This document shows, one piece after another, positions 1 through 12,520 of a DNA stretch of 61,470 bases. The stretch's first letter is position 1; every line of letters starts with the position of its first letter. The position numbers were made by a program, and so were the translations under genes. Source of the DNA: Malacoraja senta (lineage: Eukaryota); the NCBI GenBank assembly GCA_038087875.1, contig JAXLNO010000304.1, positions 1-61,470 on the forward strand, read 5' to 3'. The notes beneath the pieces are model-generated. The model was not told the DNA's origin. It worked only from the letters and a program-made list of their open reading frames with translations, and ran no database searches.

Positions 1-43
1 AGGGGTGCAAGGGCAGATCAAAGCAGACGATGATCAAAGAAAT

Positions 44-101
44 GGGGTGGGAGATTGCAACCTTCACGTTGGTGGTCCGCTCTGTTTCGACGAATGCAAT
101 C
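44..101 (+). ncRNA. Minimal HDV-like (CPEB3-type) ribozyme fold, copy 1
   Basis: P1 GGGGUGG(44-50)/CCGCUCU(77-83); P2 GAUUGCA(53-59)/UGCAAUC(95-101); P3 ACC(60-62)/GGU(74-76); L3 UUCACGU(63-69) followed by a 4-nt TGGT duplication; J4/2 C91-GAA. Confidence 0.75.
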
Positions 102-184
102 AACCCGGCATGCACAAACAAATAAGATCAAATAGAACAAGTTGGTCTACAACTTTAGGCTGGGCACGCCGTACGCAAGAAGAA
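44..184 (+). mobile_element. ~140 bp ribozyme-headed non-autonomous retroelement, copy 1
   Basis: TSD gatcaaagaaat at 32-43 and 185-196; tail cgcaagaagaa; homologous copy at 36430. Confidence 0.8.
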
Positions 185-239
185 GATCAAAGAAATGTAG
201 AATGGTAGATTGTTAGCTGAGGGGAAGGTGACAACAATC

Positions 240-570
240 ATAGTCACAGAGTGATACAGCATGGAAACAGGCCCTTCAGCCCAACTTGCCCATACCAGCC
301 AACATGCCCCATCTACACTAGTCCCACCTGCCTGCGCTTGGCCTATATCCCTCCAAACCTGTCTTGTCCATGTACCTGTCTAACTGTTTCTTAAACGTTG
401 GGATAGTCCCTGCCTCAACTACCTCCTCTGGCAGCTCTTTCCATACACCCACCACTCTTTGTGTGAAAAAGTTACCCCTCAGATTCCTATTAAATCCTTT
501 CCTTTTCACCTTAAACCTCTGGTCCTCGATTCCCCTACTCTGGGCAAGAGACTCTGTGCATCTACCTAAC
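240..570 (-). mobile_element. CR1/HER1-type LINE 3' fragment
   Basis: RGNFFTQRVVGVWKELPEEVV CR1 ORF2 C-terminus; gggcctgtttcc 3' tail. Confidence 0.85.
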
Positions 571-1459
571 ATGAACTTATGAAGTTACAGTGAAACTATC
601 ACAGTCGAACCTTGAGTATTGAGGGGTGGAGGCCCCATAGCAGAAACGGCCATGTCTCGAGGCTGGAAACTGGAAGTATCCCGAGCTAATTCTGCTGCCA
701 CCATCATCTATTGCAACAAGTGATGGCTTCCACTGATTGTCCCCGGAAGCTCGCGTCCTTTTTCAGGTCGGACGATGACAGCGAGGTCAACATTTGACAC
801 ATGGAAGATTGACACGAGAGACGTTTGTTGCCAAGGTCAAGGTTTGGCTCATTCTGATGCTTTGAACGAAGATATTGGAGCTAATGGGGATTTTCACTCC
901 AAGCTTTGCTCAGCGTTGATTGTAACAGATTCAGTACAAGGCCCAATTTAACTAAAAGTACCCCCATCCTATTCATTATCAACGTTACTGCAGGTAATTT
1001 CTGAAACCAATGAGCAAGAAAAGATCGCTTGTGTTTCCAAGTGCAGCCAGCATAGATCATTGAACAATTATATTTATACTATGGAATCAGAAATAATTTG
1101 GGTTAATCTGTTGATTTAATATTCCCATGCTTTTCCACCTGGGTGAATATTATGGAGATAAATTTGACCTGTTACAGCAATGGATGACTAAATCTTCCCT
1201 GAGCTAGATTCAAATGCAGTAATTATGCCTCTGGAAACTGTCATTGAACAGTCTTTGCCAACCTGTCATTTCTCAATGATGTTTCCATTGTGATTTGTTT
1301 TATCTGTCCCTTCCCCCCTTGGTCAGTGTCATAGAGTCATACAGCATGGAAACAGGCCCTTCGGCCCAACTTGCCCCTTCCAACCAAGGTCGCCCATCTA
1401 CACAAGTCCCATTTGCCCGCGTTTAGCCCATATCCCTCTAAATCTTTCCTATCCATGTA

Positions 1460-2085
1460 CCATGAATATTGATTTATTTAACTTCAAGTAACAACAGCAT
1501 CCCTCTCCCACCCAAGTCGTACCAGCTTCAAAGTCGTCTCGTTGAGTCTCATTGTCTATAACTCATTTTCACCTGTCCCACAACCTGTTTCTTTCATGCA
1601 TTGTTACTTTTTTGCATATCTTTCATTCATTGTTCATTATCTCTCTCTCTACATCACCGTCTATATCTCTCGTTTCCCCTTCCCCTGACTCTCAGTCTGA
1701 AGTCACCTATTCCTTTTCTCCAGAGATGCTCCCTGACTCACTGAGTTACTCCAGCACTCTGTGAAACGTCACCTATCCATGTTCCGGCAGCATCTATAGA
1801 GCGAAGGAAATAGGCAACGTTTCGGCCCGAAACCCTTCCGGGTTTCGGCCCAAAACATTGCCTATTTCCTTCAGGGTTTCGGCCCGAAAGGTTGCCCATT
1901 TCCTTCGCTCCACAGATGCTGCCTGACCCGCTGAGTTACTCCAGCACTCTGTGAAACGTCACCTATCCATGTTCTCCACAGATGCTGCCTGACCCGCTGA
2001 GTTACTCCAGCACTCTGTGAAACGTCACCTATCCATGTTCTCCACAGATGCTGCCTGACCTGTCGAGTTACTCCAGCTTTTTGTA
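1460..2085. mobile_element. Penelope-like element terminal repeat fragments (tandem 66 bp units and inverted pieces)
   Basis: Repeated gaaacgtcacctatcc...gatgctgcctgacccgctgagttactccagc at 1741, 1931 and 1997; follows a degenerate GIY-YIG end. Confidence 0.7.
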
Positions 2086-2214
2086 TCCATGTACCTGTCC
2101 AAATGTCTTTTAAACATTGTTCTGGTATCGGCTTCAACTACTTCCTCTGGCAGCTCGTTCCATACAGCTACCACCCTCTGAGTGAAAAATTTACCCCTCA
2201 GGTTCCTATTCCAT

Positions 2215-2545
2215 TTTATTTTAGAGATACAACGCGGAAACAGGCCCTTCGGCCCACCGAGTCCACACCGACCAGCGATCCCCGCACACTAACACTATCC
2301 TACACACACACTCGGGACAATTTACACTTATACCAAGTATACAAACCCAAGCCAATTAACCTACAAACCTGTACGTCTTTGGAGTGTGGGAGGAAACCGA
2401 AGATCTCGGAGATAACCCACGCAGGTCACGGGGAGAAGGTACAAACTCCATGCCGACAGCATCCGTAGTCAGGATCGAACCTGGGCCTCCGGTGCTGCAA
2501 GCGCTGTAAGGCAGCAACTCTACCGCTGCGCCACAGTGGCCGCCC
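2215..2545 (-). mobile_element. tRNA-derived V-SINE (HE1-like)
   Basis: A box tggcgcagcggtag, B box ggttcgatcc, V-domain, CR1-like tail gggcctgtttccgcg. Confidence 0.85.
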
Positions 2546-2729
2546 TTTTCCCCTCTCACCTTGAACCGATGTCCTCTGGTTCTTGATTTCCCAACACCAT
2601 TGCCCTCATGATTGTGTCCACCTCTATAGAATCACCCCTTCTCCTCCTCCTCCAAGGAATGAAGTCCTAGCCTGCTCAACCTCCCCCTGCAGCTCATGCC
2701 CTCAAGTCTTGGCAGCATCTTGTAAACAT

Positions 2730-3010
2730 CTCCCCATAACCCCTGACACCCGCACTAATCAAGAATCTATCTGTCTCTGCCTTAAAAATATCCACTGACT
2801 TGGCCTCCACAGCCGTCTGTGGCAAAGAATTCCACCGATTCACCACCCTCTGACTAAAGAAATTCCTCCTCATCTGCTTCCTAAAGGAACGTCCTTTAAT
2901 TCTGAGGCTGTGTCCTCTGGTCCTAGACTCTCCCACTAGTGGAAACATCCTCTCCACATCCACTCTATCCAGACCCTTCACTATTCGGTAAGTATCAATG
3001 AGGTCCCCCT
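2730..3010 (-). mobile_element. CR1 LINE 3' fragment
   Basis: GDLIDTYRIVKGLDRVD...NFFSQRVVNRWNSLP. Confidence 0.85.
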
Positions 3011-3519
3011 TGATGGCCAAACTCGGTACAGACAGCACCCGTAGTCAGGATTGAACCCGGGTCTCTGGCGCTGTGGGGCAGCAGCTCTACCCGCTGCACC
3101 ACCTTCATACTTGACGACCAGGGGCGGGGATGGCAGGGGAGTATTACTGCTCCTCTGCTGTGCTTGCTACTCGGTGCAATATTTATCTCGGGCACGAGTT
3201 CTCTTTGCTCCTCCGTCGCGATGCTTTGCGGATTATCTGCCTCTACAGAGCAGCGAATTATTCAGCCTCTGAAATACCAACCCTTCCCGCAGTGAATGCT
3301 AATTACGGAACAATCTAGGTCATGGGGAGCCTGTGTAATCCTTCAGCACAGGCTGCTTGTTGACCCACAGCCAATCTCCCAGCCCTCTTCTCACTTCTTC
3401 TGCACATTATGCTTTCAGAATAAAGAGTGAAAAGCCAATAAGATGCCCAGACGCAGCGGCGGGCACACGGGGCAAAGCGTCGATTTTATCCGTCTCTCTG
3501 CCGCCTTCTCTTCCCGTTC

Positions 3520-3870
3520 TACCCCGGCCACTCCCTCTTCTCCCCTCTCCCATCGGGCAAGAGGTACAGAAGTGTGAAAATGCACACCTCCAGATTCAGA
3601 GACAGTTTCTTCCCAGCTGTTATCAGATAACTGAACAATCCTACCACAACCAGAGAGCAGTGCTGAACTACTATCTACCTCATTGGTGACCCTCGGACTA
3701 TCCTTGATCGGATTTTACCGGCGTTACCTTGCACTAAACATTATTCCCTTATCGTGCATCTGTACACTGTGGACGGCTCGATTGTAATCATGTATTGTCT
3801 TTCCACTGACAGGTTAGCACACAACAAAAGCTTTTCACTGTACCTCGTTACACGGGACAATAAACTCAAC
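3520..3870 (+). mobile_element. Rex1/Babar-like LINE 3' end
   Basis: PGHSLFSPLPSGKRYRS coding end plus 3'UTR ending gacaataaac; same family as 26670-27150. Confidence 0.75.
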
Positions 3871-3889
3871 TTTCTGTTTCCTTGCTGTG

Positions 3890-4215
3890 TTTCAGTTTAG
3901 CTTATTTTTATTTGGAGATACAGCGCGGAAACAGGCCCTTCGGCCCACCGAGTCCGCGCCGACCAGCGATCCCCGCACACTAACACTATCCTACACACAC
4001 ACACCAGGGACAATTTACACTTATACCAAGATCGATCAACTTACAAACCTGCACGTCTTTGGAGTGCGGGAGGAAACCGGAGCACCCGGAGAAAACCCAC
4101 GCAGGTCACGGGGAGAACGTGCAAACTCCGCACGGACAGCACCCGCAGGCAAGATAGAACCTGGGTGTCTGGCGCTGTGAGGCAGCAACTCTACCGCTGC
4201 GCCACCGTGCCGCCC
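3890..4215 (-). mobile_element. V-SINE (HE1-like)
   Basis: tRNA head, V-domain and CR1-like tail. Confidence 0.85.
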
Positions 4216-4429
4216 ACTTGAAGATAGAGAAATCAATATTCATACCGCTGGGTTGTAAGCTGCCCCAGCGAGACATGAGGTGCTGTTCCTCCAGCCGGGC
4301 GTATAGCAGTGCGCTGTGTAGGAGGATACAGCCCTGGGAACATACAATGTCCACTGTAGCGTACAGGGGTATAAGGAAACAATACTCCTGCCCAAGATCA
4401 TTTGCCAAGTGTATTACTCACCAACTTCA

Positions 4430-4920
4430 TTGAAGATAGACACAAAATGCTGGAGTAACTCAGCGGGACAGGCAGCGTCTCTGGAGAGAAGGAATGGGTG
4501 ATGTTTCGGGTCGAGACCTGTCTTCAGACTGATGTCAGGGGTGAGGGCGGTACATTGATAAGGAAGAGTGGGGTGTGGAAACAGGTCAAAGGGAATGGAG
4601 ATCAAGGGAGATGTAGAATCGATCATCGTTAGCTGGGAGAAGGTGACAACAAAGCAACAGAGATAATATGTAGTTGGAGACAGTCAGACTGGTTGGAGAA
4701 CTGGGAATGGGGGAGGGATGGAGAGAGAGGGAAAGCAAGGGTTACTTGAAGTTAGAGAAGTCAATGCTCATACCGCTGGGGTGTAAGACTGAAGAAGGGT
4801 CTCGACCCGAAACGTCACCTATTCCTTCTCTCCAGAGATGCCGCCTGTCCCGCTGAGTTACTCCAGCTTGTTGTGTCTATCTTCAGTGTAAACCAGCCTC
4901 TGCAGTTCCTTCCTACACAT
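4430..4920. mobile_element. Penelope-like element, inverted pair of termini with hammerhead core at 4789-4816
   Basis: Minus-strand copy including the GIY-YIG end (PSGMSIDFSNFK) joined to a plus-strand terminus beginning CTGAAGA-AGGGTCTCGACCC-GAAAC-GTC. Confidence 0.75.
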
Positions 4921-5179
4921 ACCAACTTAATATCCCCGCACAAAAATACAGACCTATTTGCAGCAGTAGTTCAGGGTTTAGAAGAAATCCTTAACCTCGA
5001 AACAGATAAGACTCCGGAGAGCTAGAAAATTGGCAGAAAGGGTGAGAGGTCGTGAGAAACGGAACAATTATATCAACTCATTTAAAGTTTGTAACTCTGG
5101 GGGTTTGCAAGACCAGGCCTCAGATACAGAAAGCCTGAAGACATTAGTATGCAGTCAATGCTGATCGGCTGAAACTATT

Positions 5180-5650
5180 GTTCTCGGTTGCCAAACCCTT
5201 TAACTCCCCTTCCCATTCCTGCACTGACCTCTCCAGGGCCTCCTCCATTGTCAGAGTGGGGCCAAACACAAATTGGAGGAACAGCACCTCATATTTCACT
5301 TGGGCAGCTTACACCCCAGCGGTATGAACAATGACCTCTAACTTCAAGTAGCCCTTTGCCCAGCATCCCCTCTCTCTCCACCCCTCCCCCACCCTAGTCA
5401 TCCTGCTAGTTTCACTGGTTGTGTCCCTTTGGTATCACCTCTTCCACAGCCAACAATGGACCATTGTGGGCTCCACCTTTCTTGAGTCATCAATGCCGGC
5501 TCTGATTTGTTCTGCACCTCCTCATATCTCTAGTTTCCCTCTCCCCTGACTCCCAGTCTGAAGAAGGGTCTCGACCCGAAACGTCACCTATTCCTTTTCC
5601 CCAGAGATGCTGCCTGACCCGCTGAGTTACTCCAGCATTTTGTGTCTGTC
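5180..5650 (+). mobile_element. Penelope-like element 3' end: degenerate GIY-YIG C-terminus plus terminal repeat
   Basis: Translates to ...FNSPSHS...KLEEQHLIFHLGSLHPSGMN...; followed by UTR and hammerhead core. Confidence 0.8.
5558..5585 (+). ncRNA. Minimal type I hammerhead ribozyme core (Penelope-associated)
   Basis: CUGAAGA + stem II GGGUC-UC-GACCC + GAAAC + GUC; identical cores at 4789, 9696 and (minus strand, CUGAGGA variant) 7304-7331. Confidence 0.65.
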
Positions 5651-6242
5651 TCCATGTGATTTGTAGTGGAGGAAGTCGAGTTTGTGCCAGTCACAGAGGT
5701 TAGCACACAGTTGTCATGGACTGTGTGGGTTCATAGAATTACTAAATGGAATAGCAGAGAGAAATGAGGCCTTTCGGCCCAGCTTGTCCATGCTGCCCCT
5801 AATACCTGTTACGCTAATCCCATTATCATGTTTACAAGTCATAGAAGCAGAATTAGGCCATCAAGTCTACTCCACCATTCAATCATGGCTGATCTATCTT
5901 TACCTCTTAACTCCGAGGTGGTCAAGCAGAATATGAGTGTGGGCATGTGGTCCCACACTTGCCCTGCTGAGTTACTGCTGCTATTTGTGTCTATCTTCAC
6001 TATTTGGTGGACATGGGTGACGGGGAGGGAGGGGTGGAGAGCAGATAGGTGGACAAAGGCCAGAGATGAAAATGAGACACAAAGGGTTGACACAGAGGTT
6101 GTTGGGGATAAGGAACGAGCTGCCAGAGGAGGTAGTTGATCCGGGTACTAGAACAAGGCATTTGTAGAAACAAGGAACTGCAGATGCTGGTTTACAAAAA
6201 AAACTGGTGTTAGAGCAACTCAAGGGGTCGGGCACCAACACT

Positions 6243-6415
6243 AAGTAAGTAAGTAAGTAAGTTTATTGGTCATGTATTCACATACAAGGAATTTGCCTTG
6301 GTGCTCCGCCCACAAGTAACAACATGACATACAGTGAGTTACGAATGACTCAGAAAACACTAAACATTAATAATAATAAAACATTAATGATAAAACACCA
6401 TTGATCAAGCAGGTG
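6243..6415 (-). mobile_element. LINE 3'UTR fragment (Rex1/Babar-like) with (TTAC)n tail
   Basis: Tail aagtaagt next to tttatt; homologous to 34330-34467, which has a (TTCA)n tail. Confidence 0.6.
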
Positions 6416-7354
6416 AGCTCTGAAGACTCTAGACTGGTGCTGACTCGAAACGTCACCTATCCATGTTCTCCATGGATGCTGCCTGACCCGCTGAGTTTCT
6501 TATCAGTTCACCAGCCTGTACTGGGTCTGTATTCCTCCCAGCCTCTTCTATCCAAGACCCCTGTCTGAACGCCTATCATGCATTGTAATTCTACCTGCCT
6601 CTACCACCTCTTCTGGCAGCTTGTTCCATGTAAGATCCATCTCCTCTGTGGTGCAGCGGTGGAGTTGCTGCCAGGGACCCCCCCGGGTTTGATCCCGACT
6701 ACGGGTGCTGTCTGCATGAGTTTGAACGTTCCCCCAGTGACCGCGTGGGTTTTCTCCGGGTGCTCCGGTTTCCTCCCACATTCCAAAGACGCGCAGGCTT
6801 GTAGGTTAATTGTCCCCAGTGTGTGGGATGAAACCAGCGTACAGGATGACCGATGATCGATGGCCTGTGGACCAGTTTCCACACGTTATCTCTAAGCTAA
6901 ACATAGACTAGTATGTACGTAACATCCGGCCCTTCGGCCCACAGTGTCTGTGACTGGAGTTTTGCCGTGTGTACAAGACTGCAGAACAATCCCAGTCAAA
7001 CACTCACTCAAGATTCAACCTCTGTTAAAAGGGGAACAATCAGTCCACAGTCACACATGCGGCAATTGGTATTTCAAATATACGTTCTGGGGGTAGAGTT
7101 AGGCCATTCGGCCCATCAAGTCTATTCCCCCATTATCTTTCCCACTCAACCCCATTCTCCTGCCTTCTCCCCATAACCTTGGACACCCGCATTAATCAAT
7201 AATCTGTCAATATCCGCCTTAAAAACATCTATTGCAAAGATAGACGCAAAATGCTGGAGTAACTCAGCGGGTCGGGCAGCATCTCTGGAGAGAAGGAATG
7301 GGTGACGTTTCGGGTCGAGACCCTTCCTCAGACCAACCTGCATCCCTCATCTTT

Positions 7355-7720
7355 GATAAGGGCTTGGACACGTTAGAGGCAGGAAACATGTTCCCGATGT
7401 TGGGGGAGTCCAGAACCAGTGGCCACAGTTTAAGAATAAGGAGTAAGTCATTTAGAACGGAGACGAGGAAACACTTTTACTCACAGAGAGTGGTGAGTCT
7501 GTGGATTTCTCTGCCTCAGAGGGCGGTGGAGGCCGGTTCTCTGGATGCTTTCAAGAGAGCTGGATAGGGCTCTTAAAAATAGCGGAGTCAGGGGATATGG
7601 GGAGAAGGCAGGAACGGGGTACTGATTGGGGATGATCAGCCATGATCACATTGAATGGCGGTGCTGGCTCGAAGGGCCAAATGGCCTACTCCTGCACCTA
7701 TTGTCTATTGTATATTGTCT
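7355..7720 (+). mobile_element. CR1 LINE 3' fragment
   Basis: KGLDTLEAGNMFPMLGESRT...QRVVSLW; tail cctattgtctattg. Confidence 0.85.
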
Positions 7721-8014
7721 ATTTTTGCAACGTTGAAATGCTTTGTGGAACTGTTACATCATATTCAGGGCAGAGATAAGATATTGACATTTGATATGAT
7801 TCAAATGCCAGCACTTTATACGTTGAGGAAGAGATGAAAAGTCCGAGGACATGAAACAGGATTACCCAGTGTTCTCACAAATCTCCGGGGAAACCATTCA
7901 TAGCAGGGAAGGAATCAGAGTATGTCCGTGTTTGTTCAATAAATCTCTTCAAAGTGAGTGAATCAACAGCGCAATGTGGAAATTGGTTCCAGTGTTTAAT
8001 CTTCATTTCATGTT

Positions 8015-8500
8015 AGAAACAGAAACATAGAAATATAGAAATATAGAATGATGGAAATATAGAAATATAGAAAATGGGTGCAGGAGCAGGCCATTCGGCC
8101 CATCGAGCCAGCAACGCCATCAATATGATCATGGCTGATCATCCAAAATCAGTACCCCGTTCCTGCTTTCTCCCCATATCCCTTGATTCCGTTAGCCCTA
8201 AGAGCTAAATCTAACTCTCTCTTGAAAACATCCAGTGAAGCGGCCTCCACTGCCCTCTGTGGCAGAGAATTCCACAGATTCACAACTCTCTGGGTGAAAA
8301 AGTTTTCCCTCATCTCAGTCCTAAATAGCCAATCCCCTTATTCTTAAACTGTGCCCCCTGGTTCTGGACTCCCCCAACATGGGGAACATTTTTCCTGCAT
8401 CTAGCCTGTCCAATCTCTTAAGAATTTCATGTTTCTATAAGATCTCCTCTCATCCATCTAAATTCCAGTGAGTACAAGCCCAGTCGACTCATTCTTTCAA
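8015..8500 (-). mobile_element. CR1 LINE 3' fragment
   Basis: (tagaaata/tagaaaca)n tail and CR1 3'UTR hairpin ggccattcggcc. Confidence 0.85.
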
Positions 8501-10253
8501 ATGTTTCTCCTGCCTTTACTCCCAGCCCTAACCCTACACCCTTAATGTATATAGTCATGAGAGGAATAGATCGGGTAGATGCACAAACTCTCTTGCCCAG
8601 AGTAGGTGAATCGAGGCCAATTTATAATTTTACAGAAGCTAACTTGTACTGTTTTGGGATGCTTGTACATTCTCCCTGTGACCACGTGGGTTTTCTCCGG
8701 GTGCTCCGGTTTCCTCCCACATCCCAAAGAAGTTAATTAGTTTCTGTAAAATTATAAATTGGCTCTAGTGGGTAGTGCTCGTGTACGGGGTGAGAACTGG
8801 TCATCGCTGACTCGATGGGCCGAAGGGCCTGTTTCCGGGCTGTATCTCGAAACTAAATTAACCTAAAGTCCGATCGGCCCATCGTGTGTTTCTTTCAGCC
8901 TCACCCTTGAAGCCAGGTCACTCGAGAGTTTCATCAGGGCTGGTTAGTTCCTTCTCTTATCACATCCAAGTCTACAACTCTGACCGAAGGAGATTGCTGT
9001 TTTAAACACTCTTTCGTCACTTGCTTATCATCATTTATAAGTACATAAATTGATAAGCTGTTGCAGCCGAATTAGGCCATTCGGCCCAACAAGTCTGATC
9101 TATCTCTCCCTCTCAACCCCATTCTCCCCGTAACCCCTGACACCCGCACTAATCAAGAATCTATCTATCTCTGCCTTAAAAATGCCCACTGACTTGTGGC
9201 CTCCACAGCCGTCTGTGGCAATGAATCCCACAGATTCACCAGCCTGAATCTGGCATCTGTGGGGGTGTTGTTCCATCAAGTGTATTGCCAATATTCTTGA
9301 GCATTTGCCTGCCCAATCTAACTTGTTTTTTTTTTCCCAGTTCAGCAAAGGTAACCCTCATTTCTCTTCCCACAGAAGCTGCCTCACAGAATCTAAAACA
9401 CCTGGTTTCCATTTAAAATCTCATGTCTGCCTGCTTCTAATTGAAATGCAGTGCACACCGCAACGGTCCCGACTACAGAACTGACCTCAATCTGACAGAA
9501 AAAGCTGATGTTCCAGCATTCTCGTTGGTTATTCTGACTGCTAATTACAGATGATTATTTACACACCATTCTTTGGCAAAGAGGTTGCTCTTTTTACCAG
9601 CGTTCCTCTCTTTGATTTGTCCTGTTGCTCACCTCTCATTCATTTATTCTGCTTACATCTTCATATCCTCGCTTCCCTCTCCCCTGACTCTCAGTCTGAA
9701 GAAGGGTCTCGACCCGAAACGTCACCCGTTCCTTCTCTCCAGAGATGCTGCCTGTCCCGCTGAGTTACTCCAGCTTTGTGTATCTATCTCCGCTCTGGAA
9801 CTCTTGGTTCCTCCCACGATTCTAACGCCTCTATGTCATTGTGTTTTCTCCAACACTGCCTGTAAAGTTCCTCTTCACCTCCACTCTGACTCTCATTCTG
9901 TCCCCTTCACACATCAATAACAGATTAAACACAGCTGTTATGCTACTCTCAAGAAATTACCTTTCGAAAGGAGATGAGGAGGAATTTCTTTAGCCTGAGG
10001 GTGGTGAATCTGTGGAATTCTTTGCCACAGACGGCTGTGGAGGCCAAGACGATGGATACTTTTTAGGCAGAGATAGATAGATTCTTGATTAGTACGGGTG
10101 TCAGGGGTTATGGGGAGAAGGCAGGAGAATGGGGTTGAGAGGGAGAGATAGATCAGCCATGATTGAATGGGGGAGTAGACTTGATGGGCCGAATGGCCTT
10201 ATTCAGCACCTATCAATTTCACTGCCTCTTCCATGGTGGATAAACCAGATACC

Positions 10254-10570
10254 GGCACGGTGGCGCAGCGGTAGAGTTGCTGCCTTACAGCGCTTGCAGC
10301 GCCAGAGACCCGGGTTCCATCCTGACTACGGGCGCTGTCTGTACGGAGTTTGCACGTTCTCCCCGTGACCTGCGTGGGTTTTCACCACAATCTTCGGCTT
10401 CCTCCCACACTCCAAAGACGTGCAGGTTTGTAGGTGAATTGCCTTGGTATAAGAGTAAATTGTCCCTAGTGTGTGTAGGGTAGTGTTAATGTGCGGGGAT
10501 CGCTGGTCGGTGCGGACTCAATGGGCCGAAGGGCCTGTTTCCGTGCTGTATCTCTAAACTAAACTAAACT
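10254..10570 (+). mobile_element. V-SINE (HE1-like), full length
   Basis: ggcacggtggcgcagcggtagag...gggttccatcc; V-domain; tail ctctaaactaaactaaac. Confidence 0.9.
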
Positions 10571-11020
10571 GTATGACTGCTGGGAGATGGAGGTTAAATC
10601 ACAACATAAGATCATAAGTGATAGGAGCAGCAGTAGGCCATTCGGCCCATCAAGTCTACGCCATTCAATCATGGCTGATCTATCTCTCCCTCCTAACCTC
10701 ATTCTCCTGCCTTCTCCCCATACCCCCTGACACCCGTACTAATCAAGAATCTATATATCTCTGCCTTAAAAATATCCACGACTTGGCCTCCACAGCCTTC
10801 TGTGGCAAAGAATTCCACAGATTCACCACCCTCTGACTAAAGAAATTCCTCCTCATCTTCTTAAAAAAAAGTCCTTTAATTCTGGACCTTTAAGTCCTCG
10901 CACACTAGGGACAATTTACTCTTATACCAAGTCCTTTAAGTCCTTGATGAGGCTGTGCCCTCTAGTCCTAGACTCTCCCACGAGTGGAAGAATCCTTTCC
11001 ACATCCACTCAATCCGGGCC

Positions 11021-12520
11021 TTAATTATAATTATAATCACTTTATTTATAAAGCACTTTATACAACTGCAGTTGCCACGAAGTGCTGTACATGAGAACTC
11101 ATGGACAAGAAGTTATTACAAACCATTAAAAACCGTAAAACGAAGGACTATAAGACAGTAAAAATTAAAAGACATTAAAAGCACTAAAACGGGAGCAATG
11201 TCTCAGCCAGTGTCGAAAGCCAGAGAATAAAAGTGAGTTTTTAAGGTGGATTTGAAGATGGACAGTGAGGGGGCCTGTCTGATGTGCAACGGCAGGGTGT
11301 TCCAGAGTGCCGGAGCAGCAACAGAGAAGGCTCTATCCCCTCTGAGGTTCCGCTTAGACCTCGGTACCTCCAGGAGCAGCTGATCAGCTGACCTGAGGCA
11401 CCGGGCAGGAGCATATAGGTGGAGCAGCTCAGAGAGGTAAGGCTGGGCGAGCCCATTCAAAGATTTAAAAACAAATAAAAGAATTTTAAAATGAACTCGA
11501 AAGTGCACTGGGAGCCAGTGAAGGGAGGCCAAAATTGGCGTAATGTGCTCCCTCTTTCGAGTTCCGGTTAAAAGGCGAGCGGCAGCATTTTGGACAAGCT
11601 GGAGACGAGCCAATGAAGCTCGTGCGACTCCAGGGTAGAGTGCGTTACAGTAATCCAGCCTAGATGTAATAAAGGCATGGATTACTGTTTCAAAATGCTG
11701 CCGCTCGAGAATGGGCTTCACCTTTGCCAGCTTCCTTAGGTGAAAATCACCGTCCATCCTAAAACCCAGGTTTAAAACTGTTGGCTTTACGGACAATGCC
11801 AGTGGACCCAAGTCAACAAAGGGAGGTTCACGGCAGCCATTGGGGCCAAACAAAATCACCTCTGTCTTTTTTTCATTAAGTCCCAGAAAGTTTAAGGCCA
11901 TCCAGGACTTAATGTCCTCAAGACAAGACAGAAGTGATTTTAGAGAATAGTCGTCTTCCTTCCTGAGTGGCATATATAACTGGCTATCATCTGCGTAAAA
12001 GTGAAAGGAGATGCCATGCCTTCTTAAAATTGAGCCCAGAGGAAGTAGGTATAGAGAGAAGAGCAGGGGCCCTAAAATTGAGCCCTGTGGAACCCCATAT
12101 GCCAAGGGAGCGGAGGAGGATTCAAAGCCAGCAAGGCTTACACGCATGGTTCTGTCTGCCAGATAGGACCTGAACCATCCCAGGGCACTGCCACAGATGG
12201 CCACTTGGTGCTGTAATCGGGAAATTAAAATTCCATGGTCCACTGTATCGAAGGCGGCAGATAGGTCCAGCAGGACAAGAACCACATAGTTACCAGAGTC
12301 GTTCGCCAGGAGGATGTCGTTAAAAACCCTTAGCAGAGCTGACTCTGTGCTATGCATAGCTTTGAATCCAGACTGGAAAACCTCCCGAATATTGCGCTCA
12401 TCCAGGAAGAGTTTCAGCTGGGCATAAACTACTTTCTCCATGATTTTCGAGATAAATGGCAGCTTGGAGATCGGCCTAAAATTGGCCAGAACAGTTTGGT
12501 CCAGGCCAGGTTTCTTTTTT
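11021..12520 (-). mobile_element. L2-clade LINE, 3' part with RT ORF (11203-12441)
   Basis: QSGF...HSTESAL, LLDLSAAFDTVDH, GVPQGSILGP, FYADD, LQLVQNAAARLL, LHWLP motifs; 3' stem-loop and (ATT)-like tail. Confidence 0.92.

Noticed and set aside
10254..10330. tRNA gene
   Set aside because: A/B boxes run directly into a V-domain and LINE tail; it is a SINE head present in roughly twenty copies
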